From Nitrososphaerota archaeon (GTDB taxonomy: Archaea > Thermoproteota > Nitrososphaeria > PSMU01): a DNA stretch of 64,000 bases. Position 1 is the stretch's first letter; every line of letters starts with the position of its first letter. This document shows, one piece after another, positions 38,486 to 48,561 of this stretch. The notes beneath the pieces are model-generated. The model saw only the letters and a list, made by a program, of their open reading frames with translations, had not been told where the DNA came from and did no database searches. Location: contig PSMU01000001.1 in assembly GCA_040290255.1 (NCBI GenBank), positions 160,001 through 224,000 of the forward strand, in the 5' to 3' direction. Made by a program: the position numbers and the translations under genes.

Positions 38486-38719
38486 CGAGCCCATATCCCT
38501 AGCAGGAGGGCGAGGGCGTCAGAGCGCGCCGTAACTCGACCGAACCGTAGGCTCTAAGCGCGATCTTGGGCTGAGCGCCCGGTTCGAAAGATACTCAGTT
38601 CAGCCTCAAGGATGGGAATGATGCCACCTAAACAGGCCATGTGCCCGCTACCCTCTACTTACCATGTCTCTAGACAGGTCACGTCAGGGGCCTGACCCCT
38701 GGAATCTTGAATGGGGAGC

Positions 38720-39331
38720 CTACGCGCTGCCCAGCGCGCTCCTCTTGGCATGTCTGCCGAGGCCCCCCTTGAACCTCTCCTCCAGCCATACGTTTCCCCT
38801 CTCATGATAGCCGTAGGCCTCCCAGTAGCCATCCCTATATGCCTCCATGAACTCGATCCTCGTAAGCCACTTGGCGCTCTTCCAGCCATAGAGGCTGGGT
38901 ATGAAGGGCCTGGCCGGGAAGCCCTGCTCCGGGGCCAGGGGCCTGCCGTTCATGCGCAGCGCGATGATGGCCTCCTCGCCCAGGGCATCCTCTATCGGCA
39001 CGGGCGCGCTATAGCCATCCAGGCAGTGGAACATGACCCATGTGGCCCTGGGGCTCACGCCCGCCTCCTGCGCCAGCTGCCTGATGGGCACGCCCTCCCA
39101 GGCCACATCCCTTATGCTCCACTTCGTGACGCAGTGAAAGGAGGCGACATAGCGCTTCAGCTCCCTAGCGAGCAGCTGCCCATAGGTGAGCTCGAGCGGC
39201 CTCTCCACCAGGCCTTCTACCCTTAGCCTCCAGGATTGTATGTCGACGCGCGGCACGCCCAGCGCCGCGTAGATGATGAACCTCCTTCCCCAGACCTGGC
39301 CCGGAGGGAGGGACTGAGCCTTTGGCTCCAT
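38720..39331 (-). CDS. Sulfite oxidase-family molybdopterin oxidoreductase (YuiH/MsrP-like)
   Basis: W.L.VEGLV, FHCVT.WS (Mo-Cys), WEGV, GFP.R, YGWKSAKW, GYWE..GYH. Confidence 0.88.
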   Translation of the reverse strand: MEPKAQSLPPGQVWGRRFIIYAALGVPRVDIQSWRLRVEGLVERPLELTYGQLLARELKRYVASFHCVTKWSIRDVAWEGVPIRQLAQEAGVSPRATWVMFHCLDGYSAPVPIEDALGEEAIIALRMNGRPLAPEQGFPARPFIPSLYGWKSAKWLTRIEFMEAYRDGYWEAYGYHERGNVWLEERFKGGLGRHAKRSALGSA

Positions 39332-39440
39332 GCGCGAGCATGCGGGGGCAGGAAGATAAGCCTTGATGCCTCGCGCTATGGTGAAAGGGGGGCAAGCATG
39401 GCCATGAAAAGGCTTTTAGTGGCGGAGAGGAGGCGGGGCG

Positions 39441-39566
39441 ATGGCGGCCCTCATCCTCGGCTTTGAGCCCTTTCAGGAGTACGATGAGAACCCCTCCCAG
39501 CTCGTGGCGGAGCGCCTGGGCGGGAGGAGCATGGCAGGGGAGAGGGTGGTGGGGCGCGTGCTGCGC
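39441..39566 (+). pseudogene. pcp: N-terminal fragment of pyroglutamyl peptidase I
   Basis: MAALILGFEPF....ENPS...A..L.G.......VG.VL, then runs into the convergent gene. Confidence 0.75.
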
Positions 39567-41132
39567 CTAGGGCTCGGGGTACATTGCTCCTCCTCCGGGG
39601 GTCTCCAAGATGACTTCATCGCCCGGCTCTAGCTCGAGCGTGCACTTGCTGGGCAGCGCCAATTCTTGGCCCTTAGCTCTCCTGACGTGGGCGGCGCCCG
39701 GCCTTCCGGCTTCACCTCCCCAGAGCCCCCAGGGAGGGTTCCTGAACCTATCGGCCAGCAGCGAGAGCCTGCAGCGCTCCAGCACCCTGAAGGCCCTCAC
39801 TATGCCATCCCCCCCTCTATACCTGCCGCGGCCGCCGCTGCCCTCCCTTATCCTGTAGGCGGTGAAGAGCAGCGGATAGGCCCTCTCGGCCACCTCGATG
39901 GGCGTGTTGAGCGTATTGGTCATGTTCACCTGCACGGCCGATACGCCGTGCCGGCCGGGCCTTGCGCCGGTGCCGCCTCCTATCGTCTCATAGTAGGCCC
40001 AGGGGCCCGCTGGCCCCACGCCCCCCAGGAGCACGTTCATCATCGTGCCGGAGCCCGCCGCGGGTATCCTGTGGGGCAGCGCTTGCGCCAAGGCCCTGAA
40101 GGCCACGTCCGCCACCCTCTGGCTCGTCTCGAGGTTACCGCCCGCCACGGGCGCAGGGCGGTGGGGGTTAACCAGGCTCCCAAGGGGCGCCCGCACCTCT
40201 ATGAGCGCGTAGAAGCCCTCGTTCGTGGGCACCTCTCGCTCCAGCGCGCACCTCACCGCGAAGGCGGTGGCCGAATAGGTGACGCCGTAGACGGCGTTGA
40301 GCGGCGCCTCCACCTCCTGATCCGTGCCCGTGAAGTCCGCCCTTATGCCTCGCTCGCCTATCTGCAGCCTCAGCCTTATCCTGAGGTCCCGCTCGCCCAG
40401 CTCCAAATAATCCTCGGCCTCATAGGTGCCCGCCCGCCAGGAGCCCATCTGGCGCAACGCCAGCTCGCGCCCGTGGGCCAGCGCCCTCTCCCATGCCTCC
40501 CTCAGGGCCTCGAGGCCCCTGCGCTCCAGCAGCTCCTGCAGCATCCTTATCCCCCTGAGGTTGGCGGCCAGCTGCGCGCCCAGGTCGCCCCTGCTCACGT
40601 GCGCCGCCTTCACGTTGGCCTCTATCAGGCCCAGCAGCCCCTCATCGAGATGCCCGGCCCTGACGAGCCTTACGGGCGGTATGATGAGGCCCTCCTCGTA
40701 GAGGGTCCTGGCCTGGGGGTTTATGCTGCCGGGCACGGGCCCGCCTATGTCCACGTGGTGGGCCTTGTTCACCACATAGGCCACCACCTCTCCCCTATAA
40801 TACACCGGGGCCAGCAGCATGACGTCGTTGAGGTGTGTGCCCGAGATGTAGGGGTCGTTGAGCGCCAGCATATCCCCCTCGCCCAGCTCGAGGCCCTCCT
40901 TCTCGAGCCAGGAGAGCGCGTTGGAGAGGCCTACCCTGAAGGAGCCCAGGTGCACGGGTATGTGCTCGGCCTGGGCCACGATCCTTCCGCGCTCATCGGC
41001 TAGGGCGCAGCTGTGGTCCAGCCTCTCCCTTATGTTGGGCGAGAGCGCGGACCTCTTGAGGGCCACGCCCATCTCCTCGGCTATGAAGGCGGAGGCCCTG
41101 TACAGCACCTCCCAGGAAGGAGGGGACATCAT
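39567..41132 (-). CDS. Hydantoinase B / 5-oxoprolinase subunit
   Basis: SPNIRERLDHSCA, HIPVHLG, NDPY..GTHLND, HH.DIGG..PGS, ETIGGG, TPGGG; start at ATG 41132 (ATGA overlap). Confidence 0.9.
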   Translation of the reverse strand: MMSPPSWEVLYRASAFIAEEMGVALKRSALSPNIRERLDHSCALADERGRIVAQAEHIPVHLGSFRVGLSNALSWLEKEGLELGEGDMLALNDPYISGTHLNDVMLLAPVYYRGEVVAYVVNKAHHVDIGGPVPGSINPQARTLYEEGLIIPPVRLVRAGHLDEGLLGLIEANVKAAHVSRGDLGAQLAANLRGIRMLQELLERRGLEALREAWERALAHGRELALRQMGSWRAGTYEAEDYLELGERDLRIRLRLQIGERGIRADFTGTDQEVEAPLNAVYGVTYSATAFAVRCALEREVPTNEGFYALIEVRAPLGSLVNPHRPAPVAGGNLETSQRVADVAFRALAQALPHRIPAAGSGTMMNVLLGGVGPAGPWAYYETIGGGTGARPGRHGVSAVQVNMTNTLNTPIEVAERAYPLLFTAYRIREGSGGRGRYRGGDGIVRAFRVLERCRLSLLADRFRNPPWGLWGGEAGRPGAAHVRRAKGQELALPSKCTLELEPGDEVILETPGGGAMYPEP

Positions 41133-43087
41133 GCCCTGCGCAGCCTCAGCTCCCCCAGCGGGCCCACATGAAAGGCCCAGCCTCCGGGCACCACGGTGCA
41201 GGAGCCGTACTCCTCCACGAGCGCGGGCCCCCCATACAGGGCCCCGGGCTTCAGGGCCTCCCTTCGGTAGACCGTTGAAAGGTGCCATTCGCCCCCCGCC
41301 AGGCACCTCCTCCGCCCGCTCACGGCCTCGCCCTTGGGAGACGGGGGCATGAGCCTGGGCCTGGGCCGGCGAAGGATGCCGTGGACCCTGATGGTGACCA
41401 CTTCTATGCGATGCTTTAGCGTGAAGCCGAAGGTGGCCAGGTGCTTCTGCTCAAAGCTCTCCTGCACCTGCCGCTCCGAGCAGGGCCTGGGCACGGGCAG
41501 CGTGAGCTCCCAGCCCTGCCCCTCATACCTTACGTCGGCATACCTGACAAAATAATCCACGCGGCCCAGCCTGGAGCTGAGCCGGGCCTCGAGCTCGGCA
41601 TACGCGCTCTCCAGGGCCCTGGGGAAGGAGGCCCTTGCCTCGAACCTCCAATCGGCGAGCAGCAGGCCCAGCGCGCTGAAGGCGCCAGGGTGAGGCGGTA
41701 TGATGACCTGGCGAATGCCCAGCTCCTGGGCCAGCTCGGCGGCATGCTGGGGCCCCGCGCCCCCGAAGGCGATGAGCGAAAACCTCCCCGGCTCCAGCCC
41801 CCTCTCCACCGTGACGAGCCTTATCGCCCTGGCCATCTCCACGTTGATCAGCTCTATCGCGCTCCTGGCCACCTCGAGCGGCTCGCCCAGCCCGGAGAGC
41901 GCCCTGAGCGCTGCCGCGACGTCGAGCCTGAGCTCCCCTCCCAGCAGGCATTCGCCTATCCTGCCCAGGGCCAGGTTTGCGTCGGTGATGGTGGGCTGGG
42001 CGCCGCCCCTTCCATAACATGCGGGGCCCGGCTCCGCCCCCGCGCTCAAGGGCCCGACCCTCTGCGCGCCCGCTTCATCCCTCCAGATGATGGTCCCCCC
42101 TCCCGCGGAGACCTCGGCCACGTCCACGAAGGGGAACCGGACGGGATAGCCCGAGCCCTTCACGAGCCTGCCGTGGTGTGCCTCGCCGCCCACCTCATAC
42201 TCGCCGGTGACCTGCACCTCTCCCTCCACGATGGTGCCGGCCTTGGCCGTGGTGCCGCCCATATCCAGGCTGATGGCCTGGCCCTCGTTCATCATCCTGG
42301 CCAGCTCCGCGGCCGCCACCACACCCGCCGCGGGCCCGCTCTCGATCAGCTGCACGGGCCTCGCCGCCGCCTCCTCGGGGTCCACGAGCCCCCCTGAGCT
42401 CGACATGATGTGCAGCGCGCTCGACCTTAATGCGCCGCGCAGCCGTCCGAGGTAGCCGGAGATGAGCGGCATGAGGGCGGCGTTCACCACGGCCGTGGAC
42501 GTCCTTTCGTACTCCCTGGGCTCAGGGGCCACGTCATGGGAGAGCGTGATGTGCTTTACCGCCCCGCGCAGCGCTTCTCCGGCCCTGAGCTCGTGCCGGG
42601 GGTTGGCGTAGGAGTGCAGGAAGCCGATGGCCAAGGCCTCGACGCCCCTGGCCCTGAGCTGCTCCTTAACCTGCTCCAGCTCCTCCTCGTTGAGCGGCAA
42701 CAGCACATTGCCCTGCGCGGTAACCCTCTCGCCCACCTCGAACCTGAGCTCCTTCGGGACCAGGGGCCTGGGCCGCTCAAAGAAGGGGTCGTACAGCTTG
42801 GGCCTGTTCTGCCTCCCTATCTCTATTATATCCCCGAAGCCCTTCGTGGTGAGGAGCGCGACCCTGGGCAGCTCGAGCCCAATCTGCCCCCTGAGCGCGT
42901 TCGTGGCCACCGTGGAGGCATGCAGCACCTCGCCGACGGGGCCCACCCTCTCCAGCCCCTCGAGCACCACGCCCTCCGGCTCCCGCGGGCGCGTCAGGGC
43001 CTTGAAGGAGCGCAGCTCCCCTCCTTCATCGACGTACACGAAGTCCGTGAAGGTTCCTCCCACGTCGACGGCCACGGCGAGGGGCAT
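41129..43087 (-). CDS. Hydantoinase A / 5-oxoprolinase ATP-binding subunit
   Basis: DVGGTFTD, REYER.ST, ESGPAAG, DMGGTT, AGGG, FGGAG..H, RY.GQ. Confidence 0.92.
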   Translation of the reverse strand: MPLAVAVDVGGTFTDFVYVDEGGELRSFKALTRPREPEGVVLEGLERVGPVGEVLHASTVATNALRGQIGLELPRVALLTTKGFGDIIEIGRQNRPKLYDPFFERPRPLVPKELRFEVGERVTAQGNVLLPLNEEELEQVKEQLRARGVEALAIGFLHSYANPRHELRAGEALRGAVKHITLSHDVAPEPREYERTSTAVVNAALMPLISGYLGRLRGALRSSALHIMSSSGGLVDPEEAAARPVQLIESGPAAGVVAAAELARMMNEGQAISLDMGGTTAKAGTIVEGEVQVTGEYEVGGEAHHGRLVKGSGYPVRFPFVDVAEVSAGGGTIIWRDEAGAQRVGPLSAGAEPGPACYGRGGAQPTITDANLALGRIGECLLGGELRLDVAAALRALSGLGEPLEVARSAIELINVEMARAIRLVTVERGLEPGRFSLIAFGGAGPQHAAELAQELGIRQVIIPPHPGAFSALGLLLADWRFEARASFPRALESAYAELEARLSSRLGRVDYFVRYADVRYEGQGWELTLPVPRPCSERQVQESFEQKHLATFGFTLKHRIEVVTIRVHGILRRPRPRLMPPSPKGEAVSGRRRCLAGGEWHLSTVYRREALKPGALYGGPALVEEYGSCTVVPGGWAFHVGPLGELRLRRA

Positions 43088-43243
43088 AGGGCTCTGACCA
43101 CGGCCCGCGCGGCGGCGCGATTTTAAGGGTGCCCCAAGCGCCCGCCCATCGCCCTGGCGGGGCTGCAGGCTCGCATATCGCGCCAGGCCAAGCGGCCCCT
43201 AAGATGGCCAAATCCATGCGGCCCTCTATGTTCTCAAGGAGAC

Positions 43244-44701
43244 CTAGGGCCCTGCTGGCTCCTCCCTGGGGCCCGCCGCGGCCAGGTTCTGCAGGATGAT
43301 GGCGAAGGAGGCCTCCATGCTCAGCAGCCCGCCGGTGGGCCCCCCTTCGGCCACCACCAGGTACTCGTTGGGCGAGTGCGCCAGCCCGCCATGGCCCAGC
43401 CCTCCTTCCACGAAGGGGAGGCCCAGAGGAGGGGCGGCGAAGAGCGAGAAGGGCGCGCTGCCCGCGAGCGTGGGCCAGACCTCCACCTCCTTCCCCAGGG
43501 CCCTATAGGCCTCGCGCACCGCCTTGGCATACTTGTGGCCGTAGGGCATGCGGGCCGGGGGATAGCCCACATCGAGGGGCCGGAGCTCCACCTCCGGAAA
43601 GCCCCTCCTGTTCAGGTGGTCCCTGATCATGGGCAGCACCCTCTCCACCTTCATATTCGGCACGAGCCTTACGTCCATCTTCACGGTGATCTTATGGGGC
43701 AGGAGGGTCTTTGAGCCCGGCCCTATATAGCCTCCCCAGATGCCATCTATGTTCAGCGTGGGGCTGAAGAGGTAGAGCTTCAGCGCCTCCTCGCCGCTGG
43801 CATCGCCTATGAACTTGCTCACCCTCAGCTGCTCCTTCATGGCGGCCTCATCGAAGACCTTGGCCAGCTCCCTCACGAGCCTCAGGTCCTCCTGCGTGGG
43901 CACGGCCACATCATCGTAGAAGCCCTCGATGAGCACCCTGTTGCCATCGGGCGAGGTCATGGTCGCGAGCGCCTGTATCATCCTCCAGGCGGGGCTGTCC
44001 ACCCAGGCCTTGTTGCTGCCATGTATGCCGAACTCCAGGGGCCCCCTTCCCCACTTCGCTCCATCGAGCTCGAGCTCAAAGTACACGATCCCCTTCACGC
44101 CAAGGTGCTGGACGGCCCTTCCCCTCCTGTTCTCGGAGGGGATGGGGAAGAAGAGCAGGTCGGCCTTGGAGAGCTCGCCCTTCATGGCCTCAATGAACTC
44201 CGGCAGGTGCCTGCTGCCCAGCTCCTCCTCGCCCTCTATCGCGAAGATGAGGTTCACGGGCAGCTCCCCGCTCACCTCCCTTATCGCCTCGCAGGCGTTG
44301 AGGAAGCCGGCCAGCGCGCCCTTCGTGTTATAGGCGCCCCTGGCTACAAGGCAGGCGCCAAAGGGCTCGAGCTCGATGACCCTGCCCTCAAAGGGGGGCA
44401 CCCTCCACGAGGGCTCATCGGCGGGCTGTGTATCATACATGCCGTAGAGCAGCACCGTCAGGGGGGCGCCCGCATCATAGGTTCCGAAGACGACGGGGTT
44501 TCCCGAGGTCTCCACCAGCCTGGCATCCTCGCAGCCCAGCTCCTTTAGGTAGCGCCTCACGAGCTCGGCGCACTCCCTTATCCCCCTATCCTCGGGGCTC
44601 ACTGAGGGCTGCCTCACGAGCTCCTGGAGCCTCCTCAGATGCCGCTCATAGCGGCCCTTCAGGTAAGCGATGAGCCTTCCCTGATCGAGGGCCTTGGGCA
44701 C
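43244..44701 (-). CDS. M20/M25/M40 metallopeptidase (dipeptidase/deacylase-like)
   Basis: YGMYDTQP, ARGA.N.KG, EGEEE.GS, HG, AHSPNE. Confidence 0.87.
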   Translation of the reverse strand: MPKALDQGRLIAYLKGRYERHLRRLQELVRQPSVSPEDRGIRECAELVRRYLKELGCEDARLVETSGNPVVFGTYDAGAPLTVLLYGMYDTQPADEPSWRVPPFEGRVIELEPFGACLVARGAYNTKGALAGFLNACEAIREVSGELPVNLIFAIEGEEELGSRHLPEFIEAMKGELSKADLLFFPIPSENRRGRAVQHLGVKGIVYFELELDGAKWGRGPLEFGIHGSNKAWVDSPAWRMIQALATMTSPDGNRVLIEGFYDDVAVPTQEDLRLVRELAKVFDEAAMKEQLRVSKFIGDASGEEALKLYLFSPTLNIDGIWGGYIGPGSKTLLPHKITVKMDVRLVPNMKVERVLPMIRDHLNRRGFPEVELRPLDVGYPPARMPYGHKYAKAVREAYRALGKEVEVWPTLAGSAPFSLFAAPPLGLPFVEGGLGHGGLAHSPNEYLVVAEGGPTGGLLSMEASFAIILQNLAAAGPREEPAGP

Positions 44702-44724
44702 AGGGGAGCCTGGGGGCGCGGTAG

Positions 44725-47700
44725 TTAAGCCCTGCCCTCTGTCCCCCGCCTTGCCTTGGCCCTCCTGAGCGCATAGGCGGCTAGGGCGGACAGGGCCGCG
44801 AGGCCCCCGGCCATGGCCGCGAGGGCGGGGATGTTGTACGAGAAGGCGGCGCCCAGGGCCTGGGGCGAGCTGACGACGAGCGAGATGGAGGAGGAGGTGG
44901 CGTTGACCGCGCCCGACCAGCCCCTAAAGGCATACAGGAAGCTCGAGGGCCTGGCGCGGAGCTCTATGGCGCTTCCCGGGGGCACGTAGAGCGTCTGCGC
45001 GCCCGTTATGGTCCCCGAGCCGGCGCCGTAGCTATAGTCCACGTATCCCGGCCCGGTGATGGAGATGGCCAGGCCCGGATAGAAGAGCGCGGTCTCGTTC
45101 AGCGGCGCGCTCACGCGCACCAGCGCGGAGCTGGAGGGGCCCGAGAAGGCGCCGGGGCCCTCGCCCCGCCATCCCTGGAACCGCCATCCCTGCTGGGCGC
45201 TCGCCGAGAGCTGAAGCGCTTGAGAGGCGTTATACCAGCCGCTTTGGGGGCTCACCTGGCCTCCCGCCTCGGGCTCGGCGCGCACGAAGACATAGTACTG
45301 ATGATAATATGCGGGCGCTATGGTGCCGGGCATCGTTATCTGGCCCTGGGGCTGTGGGGCATACCACCGCTCGCGGCCGGCGCTGCCCGGCAGCAGCTGA
45401 GGATATGAGTAGGTGGACCCCGCATCGGCCCAGGCGGGGACAGGGCCCGAGGAGCTCAGCGGGAGTTGCAGCGGCCTGCCAAGGCTGAAGAGGCTGACCG
45501 TGGGCGGCGAAGAGCCGCTGTGCCCTCCAATGATGACATAGCCGAAGGAGACGAGGTACTGATGGTGGTATGTTATGGCCAGCTCCAGCGGCCCCGCGAG
45601 CAGGCCCATATTTGCGGCATTGGCCTGCCACCTCTCATTCTGGGTCAAAGCCTGCAGCGTGGCCGGAAAGGAGTAGGGCGAGCCGGCATCGGCCCAGACC
45701 TGGGCTGGCCGTTCTGAAAGCGTGAGCGTGGAGCTCAGGCCCAGCGATATATAGCTCAAGGAGGGAGGCGGAGGCGCGCCGCCCCCGCTGACCGAATACG
45801 ATATGGTGAGCAGGTACTGGTGGTAGTAGAGCGCCTTATAAAGAAGGGGCCCCGTGATGTAGCCCGAGGCGTTGGGCGCATACCACCTTTCGCCCTGCCC
45901 CCCGGCCATGACGGCCTCAAAGCTGTAGCCGGAGCGCGCGTCGGCCCAGGCCATCACGCCGCCGGCGGAGGAGGGCATGGAGCTGGCCAGGCCAAAGCTG
46001 GAGAAGGTAACTAGGGGCGGGCCAAAGGCGGAGCCATCGCTGGAGGCGTGCGCGAAGGTCACCAGATACTGATGATAGAAGGAAAAGGCCATGGTCAGGG
46101 GCTGCAGCGCGGTGCCGTTGGCGGGCTGATGGGTGGCCCACCTCTCGAGGCCGCCGGGCGAATAGAGGCTCGGCGTCACGCTCCAGGGCGTGCCATAGTC
46201 CGCCCGGTAGGTGGTGGGGACCCGGCTCAGGGGGGCCTTGATGGTCATGCCATCGGATACATATGTGAGCAGCGGCGGGCTAGGGGGCTCAGGGCCGTTA
46301 GGCACTATGTAGCTGAGCGTGAGGCTCACCTTCGGTATGACCATGCTCGCCCTGCTGATGAAGGTGGCCCAGCCCTGCGGCGTTCCGTATTCGCCAGCAA
46401 GCCAGACCGAGGAGGGGTCCGATGGATCATCGCTGGCCCCAAAGTAATCGCCGTAGCGGCAGACGTTGGGTGGCACGAGGAAGCCGCAGACCGTCTGCTC
46501 GGGCCCGCTGCCCTGTCTTATGGCGCTCAAGGAGGCGAGGAGCGAGCTGGGGTCCTCGAAGGGGGCAAGGCCCGCGGCCCCCAGGCTGGGGTAGGAGGAG
46601 CTGGAGGAGTAGCCGAAGGCCATGTAGAGGTTCGAGCGACCATCCAAGGCCAGGGCGGGGTAAAAGAGATAGAGGCCAGGGCCCGCGTGCACAGTAAAGT
46701 CGATGGGGGCCACGAGCGCGCTCAGGTCGGCCTTCACGAGCCTGAAGCAGGACCTGGGCTGGACATCGCCAGGAGGGGTACAGGCCTCGTTAAAGGTGAG
46801 CCAGAGCGCGTTGCCCGAAAGTATGGCCGCCTGGGGCCTGAAATCTCCCGTATGCAGCAGCTTATCCGTGCCCCGCTGGGGCGCATCAGGAGGCGCTTGG
46901 GCGCTGCGTATGCCCACGTCGAGCCTGGCCAGCGAGACGGGCGCGGGCGGCACGCCCTGCACCCTGAACAGGGCCAAGGTGCCGCCGCAGTACATTACGC
47001 AGGCCATGTAGGCGAAGGTCGAGGGGCCCCTGGGGCGGGTCGGATGCAGCGAAAAGAACTCGGCATAGGGGCCCAAGGCAGCATAGCGCACGCTCGTTCC
47101 GGAGAGCAGGTCGGCCTTATTCAGCACCCACACGTAGGCGCCCAGGAAGGAGCTGAGGCTTGGCAGCGAGAAGAGGTTGGCCGAGAGCACCACCTGGCCA
47201 TCGCTGAACCCCAGCATGGGCTGGTCTGGCGCCGTGCCGGGCGGGGCGGGCAGCGCATATACCCGCCAGGCAGAGGTGGGGTCCGAGGACGAGGAGATGG
47301 CGAAGAGCACCGCGCTGGAGGTGAAGTCAAATGCGGAGGCATACCACCTCCCGGCGCCCGCATCGAAAGCGAGCTGGGGGTCGCCGATATGGTGCCATCT
47401 TGGCGCGCCGAAGAAGGAGTAGAGATCCCTGGCCATGAGGGGCGTGCCGTCCTTCAGCCAGACGCTGAGCTGCAGGTTCACCATCTCCGCTACATGCAGC
47501 GGCCCGACGGCCAGCTGCACGTCCGGCGGCGCGGTCTTAAGGAGGCTTGAGGCATAGCTTATGCCCTCGAAGGCCTGCGCGAAGTGCAGGTTTGCCTGGC
47601 TCGGGGCGGGCGCCTGCGTAGCGGCCGGCCCTGGGCCCTCGGCGCCCCTTGAAGCCAGCGCTGGCGCGGAACCTGGAGGGCCCTGGGCGAGCGCGGCGGG

Positions 47701-47757
47701 CAGGAGCAGGAGGAGCGCCAGCAGGGGCAGGAGCCCCCTCACAGGGCCAAATGGCAA
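44725..47757 (-). CDS. Large exported, membrane-anchored repeat protein
   Basis: Signal peptide, PPD..AVGP/RYGDY domain, four approx. 85-aa HQY repeats, F.GW.G repeats, C-terminal TM with basic tail. Confidence 0.75.
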   Translation of the reverse strand: MPFGPVRGLLPLLALLLLLPAALAQGPPGSAPALASRGAEGPGPAATQAPAPSQANLHFAQAFEGISYASSLLKTAPPDVQLAVGPLHVAEMVNLQLSVWLKDGTPLMARDLYSFFGAPRWHHIGDPQLAFDAGAGRWYASAFDFTSSAVLFAISSSSDPTSAWRVYALPAPPGTAPDQPMLGFSDGQVVLSANLFSLPSLSSFLGAYVWVLNKADLLSGTSVRYAALGPYAEFFSLHPTRPRGPSTFAYMACVMYCGGTLALFRVQGVPPAPVSLARLDVGIRSAQAPPDAPQRGTDKLLHTGDFRPQAAILSGNALWLTFNEACTPPGDVQPRSCFRLVKADLSALVAPIDFTVHAGPGLYLFYPALALDGRSNLYMAFGYSSSSSYPSLGAAGLAPFEDPSSLLASLSAIRQGSGPEQTVCGFLVPPNVCRYGDYFGASDDPSDPSSVWLAGEYGTPQGWATFISRASMVIPKVSLTLSYIVPNGPEPPSPPLLTYVSDGMTIKAPLSRVPTTYRADYGTPWSVTPSLYSPGGLERWATHQPANGTALQPLTMAFSFYHQYLVTFAHASSDGSAFGPPLVTFSSFGLASSMPSSAGGVMAWADARSGYSFEAVMAGGQGERWYAPNASGYITGPLLYKALYYHQYLLTISYSVSGGGAPPPPSLSYISLGLSSTLTLSERPAQVWADAGSPYSFPATLQALTQNERWQANAANMGLLAGPLELAITYHHQYLVSFGYVIIGGHSGSSPPTVSLFSLGRPLQLPLSSSGPVPAWADAGSTYSYPQLLPGSAGRERWYAPQPQGQITMPGTIAPAYYHQYYVFVRAEPEAGGQVSPQSGWYNASQALQLSASAQQGWRFQGWRGEGPGAFSGPSSSALVRVSAPLNETALFYPGLAISITGPGYVDYSYGAGSGTITGAQTLYVPPGSAIELRARPSSFLYAFRGWSGAVNATSSSISLVVSSPQALGAAFSYNIPALAAMAGGLAALSALAAYALRRAKARRGTEGRA
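45290..46330 (-). repeat. Four degenerate intragenic approx. 255-bp repeats (W.AD..S.YS...ERW...YHQY)
   Basis: HQY motifs at about 46070, 45815, 45557 and 45297. Confidence 0.7.
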
Positions 47758-48476
47758 GGGGGATTTAAAAGCCTAGTCCCTACAGCTTGCGCCTGGGCCC
47801 CCTCCTTCCTCAGGAGGCTCAAGAAGGCGCGTGCGGGCCTGACCATGTTCAGGTAGTGAAAGGAGAAGTAGGCCTCCCTTGGGCTCAGCGCGCGCAGCCT
47901 TGCCCTGAGCTCCTGGAGCGCCTCCTGCCGCACGCCGAACCCGAAGAGGCGGGCATAGAGCAGCTCATGGGCATAAGAGGGCAGCTCCCTGAGCAGGTCC
48001 ACGGCATGCACGATGCCCAGTTCGCGCAGCACCTCTATGGCCTGCGCGGCCAGCGGCCTCATGGTCCTTCCTCCGGGGTCTAGGGCGAGCGCCACCTTAC
48101 GCCCTACCGTCGATGCCAGCTCCCTGAGCCCCGAAAGCGCCGGCCCATCGAGCGGAAGGGAGGAAGGCGTCTGAAGCAGCAGCGCGCGGGCCCTGAGCTC
48201 CCCGCAGACCTCCAGCATGCGCTCCAGGCATGCCAGGGCCCGCGCGCTCGGCCTGAGCCGCTCCTCATGTGTTATGATCCTATTGCACTTGACCGTGAAG
48301 GCGAAGGAGGGCGGCACGCTCCTCCTCCAGGCCTTAACCCTCTCCAGCGGGGGCAGCGCGTAGAAGGTGGAGTTGACCTCGGCGAAGTTGAAAAGCCTGG
48401 AGTAGCGGGCCAGCATATGGTAGGGCGGTTCGTTGGAGGCCCACCCGCCCGTGCCCACGTACACCTTGGTCTCCAT
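47739..48476 (-). CDS. DUF72 family protein
   Basis: VGTGGW, Y...FN.AEVNSTFY, W...VP..F.F.VK....ITH, LLQTP.S. Confidence 0.85.
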   Translation of the reverse strand: METKVYVGTGGWASNEPPYHMLARYSRLFNFAEVNSTFYALPPLERVKAWRRSVPPSFAFTVKCNRIITHEERLRPSARALACLERMLEVCGELRARALLLQTPSSLPLDGPALSGLRELASTVGRKVALALDPGGRTMRPLAAQAIEVLRELGIVHAVDLLRELPSYAHELLYARLFGFGVRQEALQELRARLRALSPREAYFSFHYLNMVRPARAFLSLLRKEGAQAQAVGTRLLNPPCHLAL

Positions 48477-48561
48477 CCGTGGCCCCGTGGAAGGCCGTAG
48501 CGACATGAGGTTATAGCCTTGCCGGCTCCTTGGCCATAGCCCTGGGCTTCCCTGTCGCAGG

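Noticed and set aside
38486-38719. 234-bp intergenic gap with imperfect inverted repeats
   Set aside because: No tRNA, C/D, H/ACA or MITE structure could be supported
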